From the NCBI RefSeq assembly GCF_009914755.1, contig NC_060934.1: a stretch of DNA of 64,000 nt. One strand, written 5' to 3'. The position numbers and the translations under genes were made by a program. The notes under the pieces are model-generated. The model was not told where the DNA came from. It was given only the letters and a program-made list of their open reading frames with translations, and ran no database searches. Below, in pieces: positions 25,950 through 38,773 of the stretch. The stretch comes from the human T2T-CHM13v2.0 reference genome, Homo sapiens. Positions within the stretch are counted from its first letter, which is position 1; each line of letters begins with the position of its first letter.

Positions 25950-26270
25950 TTCCCCCTTAGTGCCTTCACACTTGCTGCATCTTCTGCCTGAAAAGTTCTT
26001 CCCAGCGCTGGAGCTTCCATTTCCATTACAGCCTAGTGCACATGTCACTTCTTGGTGAGGCCTCTCACCACCAAAGAAAGCCATACTTCCTGTGATTCTT
26101 TATCTCAGCGCTTATGTTTCCTTCAGGCACTTTCCACAATGTGCAGTTGCTTCATGTGTAAGAACGCTGTCCCACAGAGGCTGGGGCCATGGCTGCCACA
26201 TTCACTCTTTCATCCCCAGAGTCCACAGCAGATGAGACAATCAACTTTCATTGAATGGACTACTGAGGGT
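25950..26270 (+). mobile_element. L2 3' region
   Basis: gccttcacacttgctgcatcttctgcctgaaaagttcttcc..atgtcacttcttggtgaggcctctc. Confidence 0.7.
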
Positions 26271-26799
26271 AAGTGTTAGTAAGCCTGAAATCCAGCATGC
26301 ACGTGGGGTATCCGTGTGACAACCGCTGCCCTTTATCCTCCCTCCTTGTCTCTGCCCATTCGTCTATTGTGGTTTCTGTTTGGGTCCCGGTGAACATCCC
26401 TGTTCCAGCTAGGCCTGGAGCCACCCTCTGAGTCACAGCCTGCCTGGCGGGGGTTCCAAGCTCCCAGCTAGCTGTGCCAGTCTCTGCACTTCCCCAGGAA
26501 GAGGCCTCAGCTCCTGCATCTCGAGCTTGTCAGCACCCTGAAAGCATCAGGTTCTATGGGTGTGATGGGGACAGGGTGCTTCCCCCCATTCATTGCTTCC
26601 ACACCAATCTCACCTGGGAGGCCAGCCTGGTGTCTTCATCTGTTTATCTCTCTTCCTCCTTGAAACTGCGTGACCCCCAGCAGCCCTCCAAGCAGAGGTC
26701 TTACACTAGCCCAGCTAAATTCTCCCTTTCTTCCTCTCTTCTCTCCCCTTCAAGGGCCTTGTCCTTGCTTCGTCACCCCCACTTCCCCTCCATGTCAGA

Positions 26800-26990
26800 G
26801 CCAGGGATAGTAACAGCCACAGCCCTCGTGAGCCCTCTCTGTGCGCCAGGTGTGCTGCAGGCATATCCATGAACGAGCCCGGGTGAGTGCTCTTCTCTCC
26901 ATCTCACAGATGAGGAAACTGAGGCAGGCACAGTTTGGGAAGTGAGCTGTGTTTGTTGGCCAGGACTTCTTTTGACTGGTGACTACATGG
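26800..26990 (-). mobile_element. MIR SINE
   Basis: ccatctcacagatgaggaaactgaggca. Confidence 0.75.
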
Positions 26991-27706
26991 TCCAGGCTGG
27001 CTCATCAAAGGGTGCTCTTGTGAGTGGCCTGCCACCAGTGGGGACCGACGGGGTTCCCCTAGTGCTGCCAATGAGAGCGGTGGATGCCTCCATGTGGACT
27101 CCCATCAGTAGCCCAATATTCCTGACCTCTCTTCTCCCAGGGGGATAGGTAGGATGAATGATTTCGCTGATAGGTGAATTTGGGAGAACAAACAGGTCTC
27201 AGGAACCCTCACCTTTTTCGCCTGCCTGCAGGGTGCCTGGGTTGCTACTGTTCTTGGTCACAGAGTGAGCCAGGGGAGTGGCAGCCTCCCTCCCCTGCCC
27301 GAGCTGCCCTGGAGCAGGACTGGGAGGGTTCAGGGCTGCAGGAATAGAGTAGATGATTTGTCTAGTTCTGGGGTTTGATATCAGAAGGCCCAGGTGCTTG
27401 CAGCTCTCAGCCCTATTCCCCCAAATCAGCTTTCTCAGCTGCTAAGGTGATATTTCGGTCTCTCCTCCTCTTCACTTCTCTCTCTTCACCATTGTTAGGA
27501 CCTAGCAGGCAAGAGAAGGCCATTTACTGGGCCCCCTCCAGCCCTAACCCACAGCAATGAGGAGGTGCCGGGGGTTCAGTGGGGCTCTCTGACCCCTCCC
27601 AGGCCACCTCAGGGGGTGCCTGAGTGCCATCTCAGAAGGCTCTCTGGGTGACAAACCATTTTGGAGGGTAGTGTGCTGCCAGGCGAGATAAATGAGGGGT
27701 TTGGGG

Positions 27707-27909
27707 TAGGGTTGCCAGATAAAACACAGGGTGCCTGCTTAAAATAGAATTTCAGATAAACAATGGGTAATTTTTTAGTATAAGTATGCCTCAAGCATAG
27801 CATAAAACATAATATATTAGAAAAATTACTCATTATTTACCCAAAATTTGAATCTAACTGGGCACCCGGCATTTTCATTTGCTAACCCTAGTTGTGTTTG
27901 GCAATGCTA
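27707..27909. mobile_element. MER53 palindromic hAT MITE
   Basis: tagggttgccagataaaacacagg..gaatttcagataaacaa..ttttttagtataagtatg..gaatctaactgggca..ttggcaatgcta; 8-bp TSD gtttgggg / gtttgggt. Confidence 0.9.
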
Positions 27910-29379
27910 GTTTGGGTAGGCTCTGGATGTTTTGCAAGCATGACGTAGGGAGAGGAGAGGAGATGGAGTCCCTATATCTCTCAGAAGGCCTGCAGCTATC
28001 AGTAAGAAAACCCTGAGTCAAGGGGCATAGTCAGTGAGGAAATTTATCGTCGCTCATAGCAAGGAGTCCAGGGCCAGGCAGGTTTCCCCCTCAGGCTCCG
28101 GAGCTCCAGCTCTACCCACCCCGAGGCTCTCTCAGCTCTGTCCCTGGGATGACCACCCCCAGGGTGCAGCATCCAGCTGTGGGTGTGATGGCCCGGGCCC
28201 CCTGCAAGGAGCCCTGTCCCTGTGTCCCTCCGGCAGGCTTGTGTAGAGAGGGGCGGGGGTGCCTGAACTATTTGGGGTCTCCAGCTCTGAAGGAGGGGGG
28301 AGGTTGAGATGACGCCTGCCTCTCCCCTCAGGGTGGGCTTTGGTGGAGGTGGTGAGCTCTAAGATCGCCCTCTACTCCATGGAAGCTTCCAGGACACACC
28401 AGCACCTGCAGGCGCGTGTCTTCCTTTCCCAGTCAGTGTTTCTCTGAGCATCCTGATTCAGATTCCAGGCACTGAAAGACCCTCCACAAATGTTTCACTG
28501 CTTCAGGTGCTCATGCCTGCTGCCCCACCAGGATTGACCCGTGCTCCCCGGTCTCTGTCCTCTGCCGGGAGTACATCTCCTCCACCGGTCTGTAAGTTCC
28601 TCTCTGAGGAACGTGCCCTGTATCCCCACGCAATCATTTCCAGGAGCCCTATGAATCTGCATTGTTACAGAATCTGTGAGAGGTCCCTGTGGACCTGCCC
28701 AGCCGCCCCAGGCGACAGGTGTTGGCGCTGCCATATCCCTCCCTCCCTCTGCACATCGAGCACTGGTCCTCCCCTGTTCCTAGCACGCAGCCTGGCACAC
28801 GACAGATGTCCAACTGTTAACTGAGTTGTCCCAAATAAGCCTAGTGGCAGGAGCCCCGGCTGGCTGGGGATTGGGGGTCCAAGGCCACAGACACCCTCAG
28901 GTCTGTCCCAATCCATAGGTCAGACAGTGGGTGGGGGTGGCCCTTTAATCGAGGGAGGGGTGCGTCAGGCCGAGGCCAGAACGTTCAGGCTAAAGCTGCT
29001 TGAGCCTGACAGAGCTGGGAGCAAGGCCTGCTGGGGAGGTGCCCGGAAGGAGCTGTGATTTCAAGCAGCTCCCTTAGCGTAAGCTCTGGGCTTCTGCAAC
29101 CCTGCAGAGCACCTGTCTCCCTGGGTAGGGCTTAGAGGGTGAGGCCCCAGCTTTGTGACCTTGGCTCCTGCTGACAAGGGTGAGGAGGTGAGGGAAGCAA
29201 CTGCCGATATCTGCTTTAGTTCAGACCCGGGAGCCATGAGTATTCTCCAGCATGATTCAGTTTAATGAACACTTGCTTAGAGCCTCCTCTGTGGTAAGGC
29301 AGGGTATCTCTCTCATGGGGTGTAACGCCCACATTTCTGCAGTACCAAATGCCAAGAATCAGGTTAAATATTTTAGGTA

Positions 29380-29530
29380 TCTTTATCTCTTTTAACCTCA
29401 TGACATCCCTGTGAGGTAGGTATTATTCTTATTCTTGTTCTCATTTTTCAGATGAAGAAACTGAGGTTCCAAGAGTTTCGATGACCTCACAAGTACATGG
29501 GCAATGCACAGCAGTGTGGAGGCCCCAGAG
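29380..29530 (-). mobile_element. MIR SINE
   Basis: ttaacctcatgacatccctgtgaggtaggtattatt..catttttcagatgaagaaactgagg. Confidence 0.8.
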
Positions 29531-29639
29531 AGGGGAGCAGAGTGGGGCTGCTCCTGGGGGCCACTGCTACTGCTGAGACATGGGGAGGAGGTCTAAGGGC
29601 AACCCCGAGGCCATGGAGCAGATGGCCTGTGTAGCAGTG

Positions 29640-30230
29640 GTTGTCAGATGGGATAGTGTGACTGTCTGACTGTCCTGGCAACATGGTAGTCCTGGTCTGG
29701 GGGTCTGGGGTAAGGACAGGCCAGTGTTTTCATGGGGAGCAGGCTGTTTGGACACTGCCACTTCCCTGGCCAGCTTATGCATTGATTCTTTTTCCCATTT
29801 GGCTCCCACAGGGCTTGGTAATGGAACTGAAGAAATCTGAATGAATTGTCTGATGCATCGTGACTAAGCTTGGAATGTGCCAACTGTCCCCCAGGAGTGG
29901 CCCTTGGACAGCAGAGCTGGAGCGCCGGGACTCTGAGTGCAGGAAGGAGGCCGTGCTCCAGGAGAGCCATTGACAGAGCTGCTCTGGAGTTCTGGAAGTG
30001 CTTGGAGGGTGTGGGCGTTGTCACATGAATCTGTGGCACCAGCCTGTTGGCTTTCTGGTGAAGGGGTGGTGGCACAGTCTGCTGTCGTGCCTCTGGTGGT
30101 CCACACAACCTTCACACAACCTTCTTCATTTCTGGTCAGCTTTGGATACTCCCAAGCTTTGTCACTGATCTCATTTTGACTTACCAGGAAGCTCCACATC
30201 TTGTTCTTTGTTAATTTCATGGAGGCTTGC
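29640..30230 (-). mobile_element. Probable L4 (RTE-X) LINE relic
   Basis: Minus strand agatttcttcagttccattacc..aaatgg resembles the RTE-type RT C-terminal region (RFLQFH...); recalled, highly degenerate. Confidence 0.4.
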
Positions 30231-30279
30231 AGGATAACTCTCACTTTATTTCCATGAACGCTCCATTTCAAGAATGTTC

Positions 30280-30430
30280 AGGAAGACTTTCATCACCTCT
30301 TTTGGGCCTCCACTTCCCTCCCACCTCCTTCCTACATCTGTTCCTCTCTAGAGTGAATGGTTTCAATTTTATCAACGTTTCTTCCTGTGGCTGTATGTTT
30401 AGGTCCTTTCCCCATGCTGATCACCAAATA
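30280..30430 (-). mobile_element. L3/CR1 fragment
   Basis: tgttcctctctagagtgaatggtttcaattttatcaacgtttcttc resembles CR1 cttctccaggctaaac..ccagttccttcaacc. Confidence 0.5.
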
Positions 30431-30479
30431 TAAGATTTATTTATATCCTACCTAACATGTACTCTTTAAAAATCAGGTG

Positions 30480-30865
30480 CCCATAATAATGATAGTAGCT
30501 AGGAGCTTTTATTGAGCTCAAACTATCCATGTACTTCATGTTCATATTCTCTTTTAATCTCACAATCACCTTTTGAAGTTGATATTGTTACCTCCCACGT
30601 TATCAATGAGGACACTGAGATTCTGGAAGGTTAAGTACCTCCCTTGCTCAAAGTTACACAGCAAACGAAGAGTAGAGCTGGGATGAGACCTAGGAATCTA
30701 GGCTCTGAGGCCCTCCACCCTGCTACTCAAATTATGGCCCAGAGACCAGCGGCACAGGCAGCCACCAGGGCCTTGTGAGAACTGCTCACTCTCACGCCCA
30801 CATCCAGACCTCCTGGATCAGGAGGCTGGTGGTTCACATACATGCTTAAGTTGGAGCAGCTCTGG
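30480..30865. mobile_element. MIR (-) followed by a MER5 fragment
   Basis: aatgaggacactgaga..gctcaaagttacacagc; then tgctactcaaattatggcccagagaccagc..acatgcttaagttggagcagctctg. Confidence 0.7.
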
Positions 30866-31040
30866 GTCTAGTCTCCTTGGAAGGAAATGGGCCACTTTAA
30901 TTCCATTGGTGCTGCCTTGGAGCATGTTAGATTTTGGTGTCACAGCCCCTTTTCTATACCCTTAGTTGGTGCTGTCCTCAGGCTCATCTTTGTCCTGCAC
31001 AGGCCCTTCCTACAGGAGACACATTTTCTCAGAATGATAG

Positions 31041-31367
31041 TATGATGGTTAATTTTATGAGTCAACTTGGCTAGGCCATGGTACCCAGACATTTGATTAA
31101 ACATTATTATAGATATTTCTATCATAGTGTTTTTTAGATGAGATTAACATTTAAATCAGTGGACTGAGTAAAACCGATTACCATCCATAACATGGGTGAG
31201 CCTCCTCCAATCAGTTGAAAGTCTTAATAGAAAAACAAAACCAAAAAAACTGACTTCCCCCTTAATAGAAAAAGACTGAAGAAGAAGGATTTCTGCCAGA
31301 AAACTGCATGTGGACTTGAACTACAACTCTTCCCTGGATCTCCAACCTGCCAGCCTACCACATTCAT

Positions 31368-31413
<46 letters not shown>

Positions 31414-31446
31414 GTTTCTTCTTTTTCTCTGGAGAACCGTAACACA
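31041..31446 (+). mobile_element. MLT2 ERVL solo LTR containing (CT)21 at 31369-31410
   Basis: tatgatggttaattttatgagtcaacttggctaggccatggtacccagacatttg...ttctctggagaaccgtaacaca. Confidence 0.9.
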
Positions 31447-31959
31447 CCTTCTCTTTTCTGGAGTCAGAATTCAGTTTTAAGTAGACTTGGCTCTAGGGGT
31501 CAGAGGAGATGGATGAATACAGAGGGAAGCCTGGCTGATGTTTGACCGAGGGACAACCCTTATTTCTCTGAAGAAATAGATAGTGTTCCTCATCCTATAA
31601 CTCTCACTGGGCTCTGTTCTGTAGAGATGGACAGTGGTGTGCACCTGGGCTCTGACCTGTGTTATGCAGTCGCATCTCACATGTTTACACCCATGCCTGC
31701 TGCTCCCATGGCTCTGGATCCTCCTGGTACGTATCTCGCTGGTGACCAAGCTTAAGGGTAGGTACCTCTCCTTCAACTCTGCTGCTTGGCCCAGGGCAAC
31801 TCTGAGGTCATAGCAATGTCCCAGTCAGACTGGTTAGGAGGAAGAGGGGTTGGGGCAGAGTGAAGCAAGGGAGGCTTTCAGCAATTCAACTATCATGTGT
31901 CAGGTTTTGCTGTTTTGTGGTTTTATTTCTAATTTTCTTATCCTACTTGAAAAAAGCAG

Positions 31960-32720
31960 GGTAAAACACTGAGCTTCTTGGTTCTGTAAGTCAATAGTTT
32001 TCACCAAATTTGGATTTTTTTTCTATTAATGTCTCCAAAGATTTTCCTGGAGAAATTCCCATTCTCTTTTCTTCTAGCATTCAAATTATAGACATACAAA
32101 GTCATTTGATATTTTCCTATTAGTCATCAAGGCTCTGGTTATTTTTCTTTAATCTCTTTCTGTTCTTCAGATTAATACTTTCAATGGATTTTTTAGTTTA
32201 TTAACTCTTTCTTCTGCTCTCTCCTATTTGATGTTAAACCCATCTAGTAAAATTTTTGCATTAGCAATTGTACAGCTCTCGTTTTTCTTCCTGTTGAGAT
32301 AGCCATCTGTTTATGAATTAGGATAACATTTTCCCTCAATTCCTTTAAGTCTGATATCTTATTTGGGTACTCAGCATGTTAATGAGGTGTGGGTCAGAGT
32401 GCTATGTCCACCAGCACTCTTCACCCTCTCTATTATGCTTTCAAACTTGTAGTAGGCATTCTCTGATAAGACCTAGATAGTTACACCCTGAACATATACA
32501 GCCCACTCCTCGGTCTTCAACTTCCAGGGTGCAAGACTTCTAGACTTCTGTCCTCAGCTTTTCCCTCTGTGATATCCTGCCCTGCAACTCCCAGCTTCTC
32601 CAGCTGCCTTGAAGTCTGTTTTCTGCCTCTTCAGCCCATTGGTATTGCCATGCTTTGTTCAGACTCATATGCATTACTCTGAAGTTGGGAAATTTCCCTA
32701 GAAAGAGAGTAGGGGGTGAT
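31960..32720 (-). mobile_element. Ancient L1M fragment (ORF1/5' side)
   Basis: T-rich; tttctgttcttcagatt..ctctttcttctgct..atgttaaacccatctagtaaaattttt. Confidence 0.55.
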
Positions 32721-32895
32721 TATTGAGCATTACTTTTGTTTTCTCTAACATAACACCTAGTAAATCTTTGAATTTTTATCTTCTATCTCTTATGTTGGGC
32801 CATAGAATTGAGTAGTTTCTCTGGCCTTCTTGGTTCTCACACAATGGCATCTTGCCTTTCAGTTCATCTGATTGGTCACAAGACTCTCCTCCTCC

Positions 32896-33179
32896 TTTTT
32901 TTTTTGTTTTTGAGACAGGATCTTGCTCTGCCACCCAGGCTGAAGTGCAGTGGTGCAGTCATGGCTCACTGTAACCTTGACTTTTCAGGCTCAAGTGATC
33001 CTCCCACCCATCCTAGCCTCCTGAGTAGCTGGAACTACAGGTGTGCACCACCATGCCTAGCTAAATTTTTCATTTTTTGTAGAGATGGGGGTCTCAAACT
33101 CCTGGCCTCAAGCAATCCTCCCATCTTGACCTCTCAAACAAAACACTGGGATTTCAGACATAAGCCACAGTGCCTGGCC
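32896..33179 (-). mobile_element. AluJ
   Basis: gagacaggatcttgctctgccacccaggctgaagtgcagtggtgcagtcatggctcactg...taagccacagtgcctggcc. Confidence 0.93.
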
Positions 33180-33864
33180 ACAAAGGCCTTTTTTATTGTG
33201 ATAGGTAGTATTTATTCCCACTATGTGGCACTCACTGTGTGCTAGGCATTGTGGTAAATGCTATGCAACTATTTCTCACTCTCATATCAGCCTCTTCAGG
33301 GAGGTGTTCATATCACCCCCATTTTACATGTAAGGGAGGGGAATGTAGAGGGGTGAAAGGGCTTTCAATGGTCATAAAATAAGGAAACAGCAGTTGAGAC
33401 CTGAACTCAGGACTCTTCCATCTCATCCCATGCTCTGAGCCATTGCTGTCTTGTTTCTATACACCTATATGCAGCCAAACTTCTCTGCCATTTCAGCCAC
33501 TTAAAGCACTAACATAGGTTTCTGGAAAACAGTTTCCTCTGGCACTGATTGTTTCTGCCAATGTACAACACAGTATACCCCTGCACTTGATACCCCTGCA
33601 CTCACCAGACACTCTCTCCTTTCCCCACCATAGCAGCCTTCGATCAAATCGTTTCCAGCACCATCTATGGGTACAGCAGTATCCTAGGGACCCTGAGAGA
33701 TGATGCAAGAACAATTTTGTTAGCTAAAGGGGTCTTAGAGACACTTAGTTATGTCATCCATTTTGCAGAGGAAAAGACTGACCTAGAAGGGACAAGCCTT
33801 GTGAAAGGCACATAGCTGCGACAGTGCCCGCACTAGAACCCAGCTCTTAAGATTTCCAGGTCTA

Positions 33865-34348
33865 TCTGTTAAGATCCTGGCAGGAAGCACATAACACTTG
33901 GGTTGCAATTGAAGAAAATTCAGTGAGGGGACTGTTTACAAAGAGTGGGCAGAGTTAAAGGACACTAACAAGGGATGATGAAGGATGCCAGGATTAGTAA
34001 CAGCAGAAAACCACTGGTACACCTGTGCCTGTAGAGTTTAGAGGAGGGAGAGCTAAAGCAAAGGAGAGGGCCCCCTGACAGGAGCTATGCCCTTGGGTAG
34101 AGGAATGCAGCCCAAACAAGCCCTGGCCCATCAGGGAGGGATTTGGGGAAATAAATACCCTGACTTGTCTCTCCTCCCACCTTCTGATCTCCTTTTAGCA
34201 CCTCCCATTGGCTGAAACCATCTGGAAGCCAGACACCAAGGAAACCTTCTTGATGCAGTTCATGGAGTTTGGCCTCCCTGGACAGAAAGCAGAGCAGAGA
34301 AAGGTGGAGGGAGGCTCTGGAGGGGCAAATGGAGAGTAGCCAGCACCT
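33865..34348 (-). mobile_element. LTR33 ERVL solo LTR
   Basis: Reverse complement tgctggctactctccatttgcccctccaga..gtctggcttccagatggttcagccaatgggagg..ggagatcagaagg..gggtatttatttcccc. Confidence 0.8.
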
Positions 34349-35199
34349 CATACTGATGCCTCTACTCCCTCTGCTCCAGAAGACAGATCATCTCTACTCT
34401 TCAGAAGTTTATAAGTCCAGATAGAGGGGCAGGTGTGAACAGGTAACCAATAGCCCAAGACTGAAACCCCTGTGTGGAGCAGAAAGGATTGGCCACCAGG
34501 CTGGATGTGCATATGCCCCAGGGGATGGGGTTCTTAGGGAGCAGTTCTTCCAGGTAGGACTTTCTACTCTCTGCACCTCTGGAGAGAATAGGATTCTCTC
34601 AATGCAATTAAATTGAACAAGCATTTACTGCATGTGTACTGTTTGTGAGGTGTTGGGTCTCTAAGGATGCATAGGCGTAATCTTCCTCTGCCTTTGAGAG
34701 ATTCAGAGAGGCATATAGGTGACCAGCACAACATTACTTTTCTGCATGAATGTTGGGGGAGACCGATGTGCTTTTTGGTTCACCACTTGACAGGGTGAGA
34801 TTTCCATGATGGGTGTTGAGTGTGTGCCTGGACTTTGGCATGGCTTTGGGATAAAAAAGTTTTAAATCTCTGCCTTCTGCCCTGCCATCTCCCTCACTTT
34901 CTAATTATAAGAGGAGTGGCAAAATGTGGCCATTATGTGAGCAATCAGGGTCTGGGAACTTTCCAGGGTAGACATTTTCCTGTTTGTTCTGAACTAAGAC
35001 ATCTTTATCCAGTGGCTACTCTGAGAGTATGGGGAGTGGGAACGGGTGATGGTGGAGATTCCCAAGTGTCTCAGTGACAGGCATTATAGGATGGTGGCTC
35101 TTTCTCTATTGGAGGTGGGGGGGGTCTGTGAGTGAACATCAAAGATTGGAGCTTCCAGTCCTTTGTAGGTCAAATCCTACAACTGTGCCTTGATGGTAT

Positions 35200-35400
35200 A
35201 ACAGTGAAAATAGCTAAAATATATTGCCAGGCACTATGTTAAGTGCTCTGCAAGCATTCTCTCGATATATTCTTACAACAATCTTAAGTAGTAGGTACTA
35301 GGAGCAAACCGAAGCTATGAAGGATTAGGGGACTTGCCCAGGGTCACACAGTTGGTACGTGGCAGAGATCGAATTCCACTCAGCCCTGTGTGCCTGTGGA
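35200..35400 (-). mobile_element. MIR SINE
   Basis: gccaggcactatgttaagtgct..gacttgcccagggtcacacagttggtacgtggcagag. Confidence 0.85.
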
Positions 35401-37029
35401 ATGTTACCTGGGTGTGGAGGTGCTGAGAATGGTGTTGGACTTCAGGAAACAGTTTGCCTCCTGAACCATTTTGCCCATTGTTCTCTGCTTGGGAGGATTG
35501 GACCCTCTTGTTCTGAGCACATGAAGGACTCACTGACCTTTTCTGATGCTCCTCAGGGCCCAGGGTTCTCCTCTGAGTGATAGAATATGCAGGAAGCCAG
35601 AGCAGGCCTCTGGAGGGCAACCCAACTTAAATAAGCTCCCTAAAAAGCAAGGAAGGTGGAAGGAGGTTGGGGACAAAGAATGCAATATAAAACTTCACCT
35701 CCCAGGCCTCCCTCCCCACCTGACCGGCCAACTCTCCTTCCCGTCTTTCCATAAGGCCAGGAGAAGGCATTAGAGGCAAGCAGAATTGATGTGAGACATG
35801 ATGGCATAGAAGACACTCATCCTTCAAAGCTCAGACGCCCTTCCCTGGAATACGACCCTATCGTTACTCTTTGTTCTTGGTTGACCTGCTTTAGTAGGAA
35901 GCAGGATGTGCTCCACTCAGCCCTCTGGTTCACATCCTTCTCCACCGGGTGTGGTGTCAACTGTGCTGTTGACCAGTGGCTCATTCAGCCACTCATAATA
36001 TGTGAGGACTCTACGGTTCACAAAACCTGTTCATGTTTCATTTGATCTTCACAACAGCCTCATGAGGAAGGAACTCACATCATCCCTAGTTTAGAAAGGA
36101 GGAAACTGAGGCTCAGAGGTGTCAGCTCATCCATCCCAAGTCTCCAAGCCAAGATGGGTCTGGTGGTTTATTCCACCAGCATTGGTTGAGCCCCTGTCAG
36201 CTCCAGGCCCTGCTAAGCAAGCTGCCTGGACAAATGTGGTGCCTGGGCACAGAGGGCAGAGTCAGCACGTTTCCCAGTTTGCTGCCTCTGCCTTCAGGAG
36301 TCAAGCCATTTCCTGAGTACCATTTCTGAGCTAGGCACTCTGGTGGGTGAGTGACGGGGACACCTGCTCAGTTACATCATTCTTGCCCTCTAAGAACCTG
36401 CAGTTTCCTTGGAGAGATGAGAATTTTGGGTGTAATAGTAACCAATGCCACGAGGCCAAATCAGGGCTGCTTGGGAGAAGTAAAAAAATTCAAGAGGCCA
36501 GTTGGCCTCCGCTGCAAATGGTCCTTAGAGTGTCAGAGGAGGTGGGATTTATGCTGTTTTCTACAGGAAGAGCAGTACATGTTCATGCAGGGAGGACATG
36601 GAATAGTATTCTAAGAAGGAAGACCATCATAATGGCCTGGAGGGAAGAGAGCAGGAAACTGGAGACAGGAAGGACAGTCTGACATAGACCAGGGGAGAAG
36701 AGGAAGGCAGCGTGGGTCTTTGTACAGGAGAAAAGAGAGATGTATTGAGTTCCAGAGGGAGCTCTCAAGCTCAGTCCTGCAGGGGAAGAGAGAAGACTGA
36801 GATGGTGGGTGTTTACAGAGGGTCTTGTCCCTTAGGCTGCTGGGTTTAGCGCTAGCAGTCATTTACCCTGAGGGCTTTGGCCTCAGCTTCAGGCTGTGTT
36901 GTTCTGCGAATACAGCTGACTTTTCCCCATGTGCTTCAGGATTACCTCTGACTCCCCTTGCTATGAGGGAAGGATACCCAAGGATCTGGATCAGGCCATG
37001 AACACATACCCAGGGTCTGCACAAGCGGC

Positions 37030-37500
37030 CCCCCACTCACCTCTCTGAGCTCACCTCCAACCACATCTCCTATCACTGACCACTTCATTCACAAAGCCCC
37101 TGCCACACTGACCTTTGCCCATTCATCCAGTGCAGTGATCTCTTTCTGCCACTGGGCCTTTGCACTTGCTATTCCTTTTGCCTGGAATAATTTTCTTCTA
37201 GCTCAGCACATGTATGGCTCTTTCTTATCCTTGAGCTTCACTGGTCAGAGTGACCTTCTCTGACCTCTCCATGTTCAGATGGAGTCAGTCCCTCCTACCT
37301 CCCAGTAACTCTTCGTTACATCACACTATGTCCATTACCTTGAGGGCACTTACTATCTGCTGTAATTTCCTGATTACTGTCTTTGTATTCCCTCTAGAAT
37401 ATAAGCCTTGTGAGAGTGTGGACCTGGTCTATCTTGTTGCCCACACAACATGTACTGGTCATAGTGGACAATCAATCGCATTTGCTGAATTGACGAATGA
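37030..37500 (+). mobile_element. L2 3' region
   Basis: gggcctttgcacttgctattccttttgcctggaat..ctagaatataagccttgtgag..atttgctgaattgacgaatga. Confidence 0.85.
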
Positions 37501-37600
37501 GCACCATTTCTCCCCAAATCTCCTTGGTCACGCTCAGACAGTATTAAGGGTGGACGGGGCTTGGGGAGTGAGCAGGTCTGTAGACCTCTTGGAGTTATAG

Positions 37601-37924
<324 letters not shown>

Positions 37925-37956
37925 TCTATTTGCATTATTTTCCCTAGGAAGTAGAT

Positions 37957-38354
37957 TGGTGGTAATCATTATGTTTTTCACCAAATGCTTCTGGCTCTCC
38001 ATCTTCTGGGCAAAGGATAGAATTGTACATCCTTGGCTCCTTTGAAATGAGGCATTGTCCTGGGATTTCTTTTGGCCTCTGAAATGTGAGTGGAAGTGAT
38101 GTGTGTCTCTTTTGGGCAGACACCATAAGAGCAATGCATGATTCACCATGCTCCTTCCCTCCACCATGATTGCATCATGATCGTGGGTTGTATATTGAGA
38201 TGGAACATCTATTAGTCTGAGTCTCTGAATGACTTCAGTGAGCAGAGAACCCACTGACCCATGCAGGAAATGTAGCAGGAGCAGGAATTAAACTTTGGCT
38301 GTGTTAAACCACGGAGATTTTGCTTATACAGCCTAGCCCATCCTGACTGATAAA
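37957..38354 (+). mobile_element. MLT1J-like solo LTR
   Basis: tgaaatgtgagtggaagtgatgtgtgtc..attaaactttggctgtgttaaaccacggagattt..gcctagcccatcctgactgata. Confidence 0.85.
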
Positions 38355-38607
38355 GAGTCCCAGGTTTTTATTAGGTTCTCAGAGGAGTCTATTAGCCAAA
38401 CAAGAGCAAGAACCACTGGTTCGGGGGTCAGCTGGAGCGGTGTGGAAATGCAAAGAAGGTAAAACTCGTGTGTAGTACATGCTCCATTATGTGCGAGATG
38501 CTTTGCTGGGTGCTTCATGTATGTTATCTCATCAAATCTCCAACAACCTTGTGAGGCAGCTAGTATTAGCCCTATTTTGTAGATGAAACAGGCTTAGAGA
38601 ATTTAAG

Positions 38608-38773
38608 GCATTGCTACTAGAAGTGTGGTCTGCAGACCAGCAGCATCAGTATCACCTGAGAGCTTATTAGAAATGAAGAATCTTGGACCCTTTCCTAGTC
38701 CTATTATATAAAAATCTGCATTTTGACAAGGTCCCAGGTGATTTGTGTGCATGTTAAAGTTTGGGACACATTG
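38608..38773. mobile_element. MER5A (hAT-Charlie), adjoining a MIR at 38470-38600
   Basis: agtgtggtctgcagaccagcagcatcagtatcacctgagagcttattagaaatg..caggtgatttgtgtgcatgttaaagtttg. Confidence 0.9.
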
